DNA of 64,000 nt from Lachnospiraceae bacterium (GTDB taxonomy: Bacteria; Bacillota; Clostridia; Lachnospirales; Lachnospiraceae). Below, piece after piece: positions 1 through 8,751 of this stretch. The stretch is taken from contig CAVBSU010000001.1 in NCBI GenBank assembly GCA_963598245.1, forward strand, positions 6,854-70,853. Reading direction: 5' to 3'. Position numbers and translations under genes: made by a program. The first letter of the stretch is position 1, and every line of letters begins with the position of its first letter. The notes under the pieces were generated by a model. That model saw only the letters and a list, made by a program, of their open reading frames with translations, was not told the DNA's origin and ran no database searches.

Positions 1-35
1 ACTATTCATTTATTTTCGTTCTCTCCTTTCGGGCA

Positions 36-368
36 TTACGGCTGCTCGGGGATTACGGCAACTGCCTCTATGTCCTCATCTGTTTCATTTGTAAAGCTAT
101 GGCTGTGTCCCTTTGGGCAGTAGGTAGCCTCTCCCGCATGAACTATTTCCGTAACTCCGTCTGTCACAAAGGTTCCTGTTCCCTTTGTCATATAAATAAA
201 TTCACAATTAGTCTCATGCTTATGATATCCTATCGATGCTCCCGGTATGAGCCTTATTGTCTGAATTCTGCAAAGCTCATCTGAAAAAACACGCAGAGCA
301 ACTGATTTTTCTCCGCCCTTAAAGTTGTTTACAAGCTGTTCGTTTATGTTTTCAAACTTAATATGCAT
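36..368 (-). CDS. cupin domain protein
   Basis: 110-aa ORF with a two-motif cupin signature (GYHKHETNCEFIY ... PKGHSHSF). Confidence 0.7.
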   Translation of the reverse strand: MHIKFENINEQLVNNFKGGEKSVALRVFSDELCRIQTIRLIPGASIGYHKHETNCEFIYMTKGTGTFVTDGVTEIVHAGEATYCPKGHSHSFTNETDEDIEAVAVIPEQP

Positions 369-472
369 CTTATTGCCTCTCCAAATTATAACTGCATGTG
401 TTAAAAATTAAACATAGCTCATATTGTAGCATTTTTTTTTGCGATTGTGTCAAGTATTTTTGTTTAAAATCT

Positions 473-1807
473 TTAATAGCCGTCAATAAGGTCATCATCG
501 CTTTCATCACCGACATGTCGGTTTATAAAGCGGGGTCTGTATTTGGAATATACTATAATCTGATCGCTGTAAAGACCTCTGTAGCCCGAAAGCAGATAGC
601 TTACCGCTATGGCTATCATAAAGTACGGTATTCCTTCAAAGCCGAAAAGTTCAAAGCTTATAAGCAGTGTCGTAATCGGGCAGTTTGTAGCTCCGCAGAA
701 AACTGCCGCCATGCCTATGGCTGCACAAAAAGACGGATCCATGCCTGTTATGCTGCCGAAAAAGCATCCGAAGGTGGCCCCTATGCAGAAGGACGGCACT
801 ATTTCTCCGCCCTTAAAGCCTGCCTGTAAGGTTATTGCCGTAAAAAGCATCTTGACAATGAAATCCCAGGGTCTTGCCGTTCCTTCATGAATAGCCCTCT
901 CTATAAGTCCTACCCCGGCTCCGTTATAATCTCTTGTCCCGAAGATAAGTGTAAGCGCTACTATGATGCAGCCTCCCGTAAAAACTCTCAGGTAAGGATT
1001 TTTAAGATATCCGGAATACAGTTTTCCGGTGCCCTTAAGCACCATGATAAAGAGTGCACTTATCGCTGCACAGCAGAGTGCAAGAAAAAATATTTTAATG
1101 CTTCCGGTAAAATTAAAGGCCGGAACCTGACTAAGCTCAAAGGCCTCGGGGTCTATGCCCATTTGTGTGGCAAAGCGTGATGCCACAAGTGCCGAGAAAA
1201 CGCAGGGCACAAGTGCCGAATAATGTATGATTCCCACGCTTATGACTTCCATTGAAAAAAGCGTCGCTGCCATCGGGGTTCCGAAGACTGCTGCAAAGGC
1301 CGCACTCATGCCGCACATGATAAGTATCTTTGTGGTTCTCTCACCGCGTTTCATAAGGCGGGCAATGACATTGCCCAGACTTCCTCCCATTTGAAGAGCC
1401 GCGCCTTCTCTTCCTGCCGAGCCTCCGCAAAGATGAGTAAGTATGGTGGAAATAAAAATCAGTACAGACATTGCTCCCGGAACCCTGCTTCCGGAATTTA
1501 TCGAGCCTATTACCAGATTTGTACCCTTGTCCTTGTAAACGCCGCACTTTCGATAAAGATAAACTATCAGAAGACCTGCAAACGGCAGAAGAAACAGGGT
1601 GAAATCGTGCGAATCTCTGAACGCATTGGATTTTTTCAGGGTAAAGGCAAATGCCGTGCTGTAGGCTCCCACAAAAAGCCCCACTGCACTTGCCAGAAAA
1701 ATCCACAGCACACAGGTGCGAAGCTTAATTATAAGATGCTCTGTCTCATGCAAAAGCTCATGCCTGAAGAGCTTGAGAGCTTCTTTTTTTTCATCGTCCA
1801 TGCCCAT
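473..1807 (-). CDS. ClC family voltage-gated chloride channel / H+-Cl- exchanger
   Basis: 444 aa, polytopic. ClC filter-like motifs GSAGREGAALQ and FGTPMAA. The start codon overlaps the upstream stop (TGATG). Confidence 0.85.
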   Translation of the reverse strand: MGMDDEKKEALKLFRHELLHETEHLIIKLRTCVLWIFLASAVGLFVGAYSTAFAFTLKKSNAFRDSHDFTLFLLPFAGLLIVYLYRKCGVYKDKGTNLVIGSINSGSRVPGAMSVLIFISTILTHLCGGSAGREGAALQMGGSLGNVIARLMKRGERTTKILIMCGMSAAFAAVFGTPMAATLFSMEVISVGIIHYSALVPCVFSALVASRFATQMGIDPEAFELSQVPAFNFTGSIKIFFLALCCAAISALFIMVLKGTGKLYSGYLKNPYLRVFTGGCIIVALTLIFGTRDYNGAGVGLIERAIHEGTARPWDFIVKMLFTAITLQAGFKGGEIVPSFCIGATFGCFFGSITGMDPSFCAAIGMAAVFCGATNCPITTLLISFELFGFEGIPYFMIAIAVSYLLSGYRGLYSDQIIVYSKYRPRFINRHVGDESDDDLIDGY

Positions 1808-3231
1808 CAGCGTTTTTCCTCTGCGGATGCATCTTCACAATCTTCATTGCATATATATGCAGAATTTTTTATAAGCTTAAGATCCCTGAAGCAGATGATA
1901 AGTACCAGCAGTGTAAAGACAAGCTGACCCGGAACAAGTCCCAGAATAAGAAGAAGTGCGGCATATGCATATCTGAGCAGCCACAGAACAGCTCCGACGA
2001 GCACTATTACACAGGCACAAAACTGTAAGTTCATAGCTTCGGCTGAAAGCGCCGGCTTTTTTGCCGAAAGCACAAGCTTTACGGAGGCTGCAAAGGAAAC
2101 GGCTATGCCGGTGAACCAGAGGATCCAGAATAAGTTATGCTTAAGCAAACTTAACCATGTTACACCGCCGCCTGAAGTCTGTGAAACCATATCGATGGCT
2201 GCAAAGAAAACAGTTGCCGATATAAGCAGGCTGTTAAGGCTGATTCCGATAAAGCCCAGCAGTATTTTAAATATGTTTGTTTTTGAGCTTTGCTCAGGGA
2301 TTCTGCTTATATCTACAGTGCGGGGTGTAATAAGCTTTTCCTTAAGCACATCAAAGCTTGATGTAATCGCAGAATTCGGACAGGCTGCCTTACAGTTTCC
2401 GCAGCGTATGCATTCCATGCTGTTTGGCTGCTCCCAGACCTTTATATCCATGCCGCAGGCTTTTTGACAGGCTCCGCAGCTTATGCATTTATCTTTATCT
2501 ATATTAAAGCGGCAGACAGCGACAGGATTAAATATGCTGTAAAAGGCTCCCAGCGGACAAAGATATTTGCAGAATGGGCGATAGTACTTTATTGCCAGCA
2601 AAATTATTACTGTCAGCAGCCCGAGCTTCCAGAAGAAAAGCGGACCTATGGCTTCTCTGAGCCCCGGGTTCAGTGCTATCATGGGCATGCCCGCAAGAAG
2701 CGTGCCTGACGGACAAATATATTCACAAAACCACGGCTGCCCCATGCCGGTCGAATCCTTTGCAAGAGCCGGAAGCAGAAAAACCATGATTAAAAGGACT
2801 GCATACTTAAGCTTTATAAGATGCTTATGTGCAGGAAGATTTTTCTTTTTTCCCGGAAACGGTATCTTGTGAAGCAAATCCTGAATAAAGCCAAAAGGAC
2901 AGAGCCAGCCGCAGACAAAGCGTCCGAAAAAGGCTCCGACCATCATGAGAAAGCCGAACACATAGCAGCTCAGCTTGAATTCTCTGGAATTGAGAGTTGC
3001 CTGAAGCGCACCTATGGGACAGGCATAGAGCGCACCGGGGCAGGAGTAGCAGTTAAGACCGGGAACACAGAAGCGCTTATTTGCGCCCCGGTAGATTTTT
3101 CCTGTGAAAAAACCGCTCACATATCCGTTGGTGAGTGCAAAGAACGCCGCCTGAAATAAATGCCGAATCAGCGTATGCCCCTTTGAAGCCGCCTGCCTGT
3201 CAGAAGAAGCCCCGGAAGAATTTTCAATCAT
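1807..3231 (-). CDS. membrane-bound 4Fe-4S polyferredoxin (NapH/MauN-like) with C-terminal multi-TM extension
   Basis: Contains CYSCPGALYACP, CEYICPSG and CPLGAF motifs plus two ferredoxin clusters (CISCGACQKAC, CIRCGNCKAACP). The last ~170 aa are hydrophobic. Confidence 0.8.
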   Translation of the reverse strand: MIENSSGASSDRQAASKGHTLIRHLFQAAFFALTNGYVSGFFTGKIYRGANKRFCVPGLNCYSCPGALYACPIGALQATLNSREFKLSCYVFGFLMMVGAFFGRFVCGWLCPFGFIQDLLHKIPFPGKKKNLPAHKHLIKLKYAVLLIMVFLLPALAKDSTGMGQPWFCEYICPSGTLLAGMPMIALNPGLREAIGPLFFWKLGLLTVIILLAIKYYRPFCKYLCPLGAFYSIFNPVAVCRFNIDKDKCISCGACQKACGMDIKVWEQPNSMECIRCGNCKAACPNSAITSSFDVLKEKLITPRTVDISRIPEQSSKTNIFKILLGFIGISLNSLLISATVFFAAIDMVSQTSGGGVTWLSLLKHNLFWILWFTGIAVSFAASVKLVLSAKKPALSAEAMNLQFCACVIVLVGAVLWLLRYAYAALLLILGLVPGQLVFTLLVLIICFRDLKLIKNSAYICNEDCEDASAEEKR

Positions 3232-3246
3232 AGCCTTTCCTCCCTC

Positions 3247-3399
3247 TCAGCCTATTCCGATGCACTGAAGGCAGATATTTACAGCCTTTGTAAGCACAAT
3301 CTGCATTTCTCCGCGATTTGCGCCCATGATGCACAATGCTGCCCCGCAAATAAACAGTACTGCACATAATATATTTTTAAGCCTGTTATTCATTTTCAT
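3247..3399 (-). CDS. 50-aa membrane micropeptide with C-terminal CXXC (CD1871A-like, from memory)
   Basis: Hand translation gives MKMNNRLKNILCAVLFICGAALCIMGANRGEMQIVLTKAVNICLQCIGIG. It has one TM helix plus CLQC and fills the 183-bp gap between two co-directional redox genes. It is below the 60-aa cut-off of the ORF track. The second ATG (3393) has better spacing to the AGG. Confidence 0.6.
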   Translation of the reverse strand: MKMNNRLKNILCAVLFICGAALCIMGANRGEMQIVLTKAVNICLQCIGIG

Positions 3400-3414
3400 A
3401 AACCTGTCGCTTTC

Positions 3415-4020
3415 TTATTGTTCAACTGCTTCAAGTAATGCGCTTATCTCACTGTACCAGCCATCCGCGGAGAGAGAGCCGGTAATGATTTTGATTACAT
3501 TGCCCTCTCTGTCCACAAAATAAGTGGTGGGAAAGCCTGTGACATTGTCAAGGATATAATTTTCCAGCGCATCGTCCGGATAATAGTTTTTGTATTTTGC
3601 GCCTCTTAATTTAAGTATCTTTCTGGCAGAATCCAAATTGTCCTCATAAAATTCTCCGTTATAATATATATCAATACAAATGCCTATTACATTTGCACGA
3701 TCGGCAAAAACAGAGGCGGCATGGCTTATATCCGGCATTTCCTGTATGCACCAGCCGCAGCCGGTGTACCACAGATTTATAACAGTCAGCGGATAATCAG
3801 CAAAGATGCTTTCGTTTACGGTTGAGGAGGTGTCATTTATATCTGTCAATGTAAATGAAGCAAAAACATCATTATCCGTTATTGCCTCGCCTTCAGAGGG
3901 CCTGCCACCATATGCCGTAACCGCAGTAAAAACAAATGCCATAATGAGCGCAACGGCAATAAAGCATCGTTTTATAATCTTGAAATTGGACCTGGTAGTC
4001 CATAAAATCTTTGAATTCAT
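3415..4020 (-). CDS. TlpA/redoxin-family thioredoxin-like protein, N-terminally membrane anchored
   Basis: 201 aa with an N-terminal TM helix, the CXXC active site WYTGCGWCIQEMP, and a thioredoxin-fold C-terminus (GFPTTYFVDREG). Confidence 0.8.
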   Translation of the reverse strand: MNSKILWTTRSNFKIIKRCFIAVALIMAFVFTAVTAYGGRPSEGEAITDNDVFASFTLTDINDTSSTVNESIFADYPLTVINLWYTGCGWCIQEMPDISHAASVFADRANVIGICIDIYYNGEFYEDNLDSARKILKLRGAKYKNYYPDDALENYILDNVTGFPTTYFVDREGNVIKIITGSLSADGWYSEISALLEAVEQ

Positions 4021-4161
4021 GTCATATCCATTTCCCTTATCTGTATCAACCTTATCTGTATTGTAATGTCGAACTCATAATACAACAAAATCTCAAACAA
4101 TCCTATAAAAATATAATATATTGAATATTTTGAATAAATATGCGCTTTTTGTCTATTTTCC

Positions 4162-4191
4162 TTGACTATAATGCGTGTATATATTTATAAT
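4162..4191 (+). promoter_or_regulatory. candidate sigma-A promoter for the GGDEF-EAL gene
   Basis: TTGACT (4162-4167), 18-nt spacer, TATAAT (4186-4191). This would give a ~200-nt leader. Confidence 0.4.
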
Positions 4192-4275
4192 TGTGTCCGA
4201 CTGTTGATGATGTTTTTCTTAAAATTGTAAGGGATTTTATTTATCGGTTAAGAACAGTCAATTTTTATTATTCTA

Positions 4276-4285
4276 CCCCCCCCCC
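4276..4285. repeat. C10 homopolymeric tract
   Basis: Ten consecutive C in an AT-rich intergenic region, between the candidate promoter and the start at 4395. Confidence 0.95.
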
Positions 4286-4394
4286 GCGTAAAACTATAAT
4301 TTTGTGTGGAAGCTTGCTGCTGTACCCTTGCTTTAAGCCTTTCTATGCAAAGTTATCTGTATTCATGCGTGGATTATGACGGAGGCTTCGGGAA

Positions 4395-5846
4395 ATGTCT
4401 GATTCTGTAAATTATGATACGGCGAATTTGATAAATACGAAAATCAGCGAAAATCCTTATCATTTGTCCCCCAATGCAAAAGATACTCTTACCCATATTT
4501 ATAATCGAGCAGGCTTTTTTGAAAAGGCTGAGGAAATGCTTTCATCTCATGAGCCCGGTTTTTATTTACTTTCCCATGTAAATATTGATAACTTCAAAGC
4601 CATCAACGAACAGTATGGCACGGAAAGCGGCGACATGGTATTGCGTAATGTTGCTGAAAGCTTCTTCAACTGTCTTGCGGGTACGGGCGGAATATGCGCC
4701 CATTTTTCGGCAGATAATTTCGCTATTCTGTATCCTGCTTCCTACAGTAATGCTGAGCAGATTTTTACCGGTCACGCCCGTGCCTGCACTCCGGACTGCA
4801 TTCTGCAGCGCATTCACATTCGTGTCGGACGCTGCGTGGTAAAAGACCTGTCCGTTCCGGTCAGCTCTTTATATGATCATGCCAAGCTGGCTGCTGACTC
4901 TGTCCGCAGTAATTATAATAAATATATTGAGTATTATACTGAGGATATGCGTGAAAAGCTGCTTAAGCGTCAGTTCATTATCTCCGGTATGGCAGATGCC
5001 CTGAAAAACGGAGAATTTGAAATCTGGCTTCAGCCGCAGTATAACCACGCTACAGGCGCTCTGATAGGCTCCGAAGCTTTATCCCGCTGGAAGCATGGCG
5101 ACAGTTATATCTCACCCGCAGATTTTATACCGATTTTTGAGGAAACTGACTTTATTTATAATCTGGATCTTTATGTTTGGGAGCAATGTTGCAGGCTTTT
5201 AAGGCGTTGGACTGATAAGGGACTTTCTCCTCTGCCTGTTTCCGTCAATGTCTCCCGCTGCGATATTATGCAGCCCGATTTTCCGGAATCACTCAGCAAA
5301 ATAGTAAAGAAGCATGCTATTCCTGCTGATATGCTGCGTATTGAGATTACTGAGTCTGCAATCGGAGGGGGATTGCAAACAATACTCGGCAAAATAAAAG
5401 AGCTTATCAACAAGGGATTTATTATTGAAATTGATGACTTCGGCAGTGGTTACTCCTCTCTTAATACACTTAAGGATGTGCCCGCTTCCATACTCAAGCT
5501 GGATATGAAATTCTTTGAAGACACCGCCGATATGTACCGCGCAGGCTCTATAATCGCTTCTGTGGTACGCATGGCTAAATGGCTGGATATGGCGGTTATA
5601 GCTGAAGGTGTTGAAACAAAAGCGCAGGCTGACTATCTTAAGAGTATAGGCTGTTATTATATACAGGGCTATTATTATGCGGCTCCGATGCCTGTAAGCG
5701 AATATGAGAAGCTTGCGATGAAAAAGCCTAAAGAATTTGAGCTTACCAGGCTTCATTCACTTAAAAGCTTCGATAATAATAAATTCTGGAGTTTGGACTC
5801 CATGGATGCCCTGATTAGAGAATACATTTCTCACAGCACAAAATAA
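4395..5846 (+). CDS. c-di-GMP phosphodiesterase with degenerate GGDEF plus intact EAL domain
   Basis: The GGDEF position reads SADNF. The EAL motifs are present (SEALSRW, EITES, EIDDFGSGYSSL, KLDMKF, AEGVET, QGYYY). RBS GGAGG lies 9 nt upstream. Confidence 0.85.
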   Translation: MSDSVNYDTANLINTKISENPYHLSPNAKDTLTHIYNRAGFFEKAEEMLSSHEPGFYLLSHVNIDNFKAINEQYGTESGDMVLRNVAESFFNCLAGTGGICAHFSADNFAILYPASYSNAEQIFTGHARACTPDCILQRIHIRVGRCVVKDLSVPVSSLYDHAKLAADSVRSNYNKYIEYYTEDMREKLLKRQFIISGMADALKNGEFEIWLQPQYNHATGALIGSEALSRWKHGDSYISPADFIPIFEETDFIYNLDLYVWEQCCRLLRRWTDKGLSPLPVSVNVSRCDIMQPDFPESLSKIVKKHAIPADMLRIEITESAIGGGLQTILGKIKELINKGFIIEIDDFGSGYSSLNTLKDVPASILKLDMKFFEDTADMYRAGSIIASVVRMAKWLDMAVIAEGVETKAQADYLKSIGCYYIQGYYYAAPMPVSEYEKLAMKKPKEFELTRLHSLKSFDNNKFWSLDSMDALIREYISHSTK

Positions 5847-5875
5847 TGCCGGAGCAGAATTTCCTGCCCCGGCAT
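5846..5875. terminator. hairpin between convergent genes (likely clpB terminator)
   Basis: ATGCCGGAGCAG/CTGCCCCGGCAT forms a 12-bp stem with one mismatch. A U-run is present only for the minus-strand transcript. Confidence 0.5.
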
Positions 5876-5911
5876 ATAACAGTATGCTCTTTTTAACTTC
5901 TTTGACTTTCT

Positions 5912-8497
5912 TTATTTCTTCTCCGCCGTAAGCTTGCCTTCTACCGTATCTATAAGTATGGTATCACCCTCTATAACCTTATTTTCAAGAATAGCTCTCG
6001 CCGCTATGGTTTCGACATGCTTCTGTATGAATCTCTTCAGCGGACGGGCACCAAACTGCGGATCATAGCCATTGTCCACACAATAATCCTTAGCCTTTGC
6101 AGTAAGCTCAAGCTTCATATTTCTGTCAGCCAGTCTTCTGTTAATATCCGCAACGGAAAGGTCTATGATTTTGGCTATATCATCTTTGCGAAGCGGCTTG
6201 AAGAGGATTATTTCATCGAGACGATTTAAAAATTCCGGTCTGAAACTTCCCTTTAAAAGCTTATCCACTGCATCCTTGGCCTCGTCTGTTATCTCTCCCT
6301 CCGCATCTATGCCGTTGAGCAGATATTCCGAGCCAAGATTCGATGTAAGTATAATGACTGTATTTTTAAAATCTACGGTCTTACCCTTGGAATCAGTTAC
6401 ACGGCCGTCATCAAGAACCTGCAAAAGCACATTGAATACATCAGGATGTGCCTTTTCAATCTCATCGAAGAGCACAACCGAATAAGGCTTTCTGCGCACG
6501 GCCTCAGTAAGCTGACCGCCCTCCTCATAGCCTACATATCCCGGAGGCGCTCCGATAAGACGGCTTACCGAATGCTTCTCCATGTACTCTGACATATCGA
6601 TTCGTATCATGTTATTTTCATCGTCAAAAAGACTTTCTGCAAGTGTTTTTGCAAGCTCTGTCTTACCTACGCCGGTAGGGCCCATGAAGAGGAAGGAACC
6701 TATTGGCTTTGTAGGATCCTTAATGCCTGCCTTTGAGCGGATGATGGCATCCGATACCTTTTCTACTGCTTCATTCTGTCCTATGACTCTCTTATGCAGC
6801 TCCTTCGGAAGAGACAGTACCTTTGCACGCTCGGTCTCCGAAAGCTTGGATACCGGAATACCTGTCCACTTGGATACAATTTTTGCTATCTCATCCTCTG
6901 TCACACTCTCATGTACGAGGTCACGGCCCTCCTTTGAAACCTTTTCTTCTTCCTGTTCAAGCTGCTTTTTAAGCTCCGGAAGCTTTCCGTAAAGAATAGA
7001 ACCTGCTCCTTCATAATCGCCCTTGTGCTGAAGTATTTCTGCCTCATCACTAAGCCTTTCTATCTCTTCACGAATAGACGAGAGCTTATCGACATTTTCC
7101 TTTTCATACTGCCATTTTGCTTTTTGTGCATCAAAGGCAGATTTAAGCTCTGCAAGTTCCTTCTGAAGCTCATCCAGTCTCTTTTTGGAAATTTCGTCTG
7201 TCTCCTTTCTGAGCGCAGACTCCTCTATTTCAAGCTGTGTAATCCTTCTTTGCTGCTCATCCAGTTCGGCAGGAAGCTGATTCATCTCGGTTTTTATCAT
7301 TGCACAGGCCTCATCTACAAGATCTATCGCCTTATCCGGGAGGAATCGGTCACTTATGTATCTGTTGGAAAGCACTGCTGCCTGAACCAGCGCCGCATCT
7401 GTAATCTTTACGCCGTGAAATACCTCGTAACGGTTTTTAAGTCCTCTTAAAATAGATATGGTATCTTCTACCGTCGGTTCATCGACAGTTACCGGCTGGA
7501 AACGCCTCTCAAGTGCCGGATCCTTTTCAATATATCTGTACTCATCCAATGTGGTCGCACCTATGCAGTGAAGCTCACCTCTTGCAAGCATGGGCTTGAG
7601 CATATTTCCCGCATCCATGGAGCCTTCCGTTTTTCCTGCACCGACTATGGTATGAATCTCATCTATGAAGAGAATAATTTCTCCGTCAGATTCCGATACC
7701 TCCTTGAGCACTGCCTTGAGTCTTTCCTCAAACTCTCCTCTGTATTTTGCACCTGCCACAAGTGAGCCCATATCAAGTGAAAAGACCTTCTTATCCTTAA
7801 GGCTGTCAGGCACATCACCTTCAACTATGCGCTGTGCCAGTCCCTCAACTACTGCCGTTTTTCCTACGCCTGGCTCGCCGATAAGTACCGGGTTGTTTTT
7901 CGTCTTTCTGCTGAGTATACGGACAACATTTCTTATCTCGGTATCTCTTCCTATAACCGGATCCAGTTTCTTCCGGCGTGCTCTTTCAACAAGGTCATAT
8001 CCGTATTTATTGAGAGCATCAAAGGTTCCTTCCGGGTTATCCGAGGTTATCTTCTGATTTCCTCTTACCTCTGAGAGTGCCTTGAGAAAGCTGTCCTTCG
8101 TTATATTATACCGATTAAACAGTTTCTTTACTTCGGTATCTCCCGTATCCATAATTGCAAGGAATATATGATCCACCGACACATACTCATCACCCATGGC
8201 TTTGGCCTTATCCTCAGCCTGAGTCAAAGCTTTATTGGCATTCTGCGAGAAATACATATTTCCCGTGCTGCCGCTCACCTTGGGAAATCCTGCTATAATG
8301 CCGAGTGCATCCTTTTTAAGTCCCTCGGCATCCACTCCCATCTTTTTTAATACTGTTGTGATAAGGCTGTCATCTATTGTCAGAAGACTGTACAGAAGAT
8401 GCATGGCCTCTATCGTCTGATTTCCGTATTCAAGTGCGATTTTTTCGCAGCCGTTTACTGCTTCGACTGATTTCTGTGTAAATTTTTGTATATTCAT
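5912..8497 (-). CDS. clpB: ATP-dependent chaperone ClpB
   Basis: 861 aa with a Clp N-domain, two AAA+ modules (GEPGVGKT and GPTGVGKT) and a long coiled-coil middle domain. Confidence 0.95.
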   Translation of the reverse strand: MNIQKFTQKSVEAVNGCEKIALEYGNQTIEAMHLLYSLLTIDDSLITTVLKKMGVDAEGLKKDALGIIAGFPKVSGSTGNMYFSQNANKALTQAEDKAKAMGDEYVSVDHIFLAIMDTGDTEVKKLFNRYNITKDSFLKALSEVRGNQKITSDNPEGTFDALNKYGYDLVERARRKKLDPVIGRDTEIRNVVRILSRKTKNNPVLIGEPGVGKTAVVEGLAQRIVEGDVPDSLKDKKVFSLDMGSLVAGAKYRGEFEERLKAVLKEVSESDGEIILFIDEIHTIVGAGKTEGSMDAGNMLKPMLARGELHCIGATTLDEYRYIEKDPALERRFQPVTVDEPTVEDTISILRGLKNRYEVFHGVKITDAALVQAAVLSNRYISDRFLPDKAIDLVDEACAMIKTEMNQLPAELDEQQRRITQLEIEESALRKETDEISKKRLDELQKELAELKSAFDAQKAKWQYEKENVDKLSSIREEIERLSDEAEILQHKGDYEGAGSILYGKLPELKKQLEQEEEKVSKEGRDLVHESVTEDEIAKIVSKWTGIPVSKLSETERAKVLSLPKELHKRVIGQNEAVEKVSDAIIRSKAGIKDPTKPIGSFLFMGPTGVGKTELAKTLAESLFDDENNMIRIDMSEYMEKHSVSRLIGAPPGYVGYEEGGQLTEAVRRKPYSVVLFDEIEKAHPDVFNVLLQVLDDGRVTDSKGKTVDFKNTVIILTSNLGSEYLLNGIDAEGEITDEAKDAVDKLLKGSFRPEFLNRLDEIILFKPLRKDDIAKIIDLSVADINRRLADRNMKLELTAKAKDYCVDNGYDPQFGARPLKRFIQKHVETIAARAILENKVIEGDTILIDTVEGKLTAEKK

Positions 8498-8547
8498 AAA
8501 ACTTCACCTCCTTTTGCTATGGTGAAAATATTTTTCAACTGTCTACG

Positions 8548-8575
8548 ATTATATCATGATTGTTAGCACTGTCAA
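8548..8575 (-). promoter_or_regulatory. clpB sigma-A promoter with extended -10
   Basis: On the minus strand: TTGACA (8575-8570), 16-nt spacer, TGaTATAAT (-10 at 8553-8548). Confidence 0.65.
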
Positions 8576-8589
8576 GCGTTGAGTGCTAA
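8563..8589 (-). promoter_or_regulatory. CIRCE element (HrcA operator)
   Basis: TTAGCACTC-N9-CAGTGCTAA on the minus strand (TTAGCACTG-N9-GAGTGCTAA on plus) is a near-perfect match to TTAGCACTC-N9-GAGTGCTAA. It overlaps the -35. Confidence 0.8.
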
Positions 8590-8628
8590 TTATGCCGTTT
8601 TTCACATTTTTTTCAAAATCTCTGCCAT

Positions 8629-8678
8629 ATAAAAAAGCTCCGCAGGCTTTCTTTACAAAAAAGATTCCTGCGGAAGCT
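8629..8678 (-). terminator. intrinsic terminator of the lipoprotein gene
   Basis: AAGCTTCCGCAGG...CCTGCGGAGCTT stem followed by TTTTTTA on the minus strand. Confidence 0.6.
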
Positions 8679-8751
8679 TTTAATTTTAAAAGTTCTCATG
8701 CAAGTAGGCTTGCATCGGGTTTTTAAGCTTTTGAGCCTGATATAATGTATC

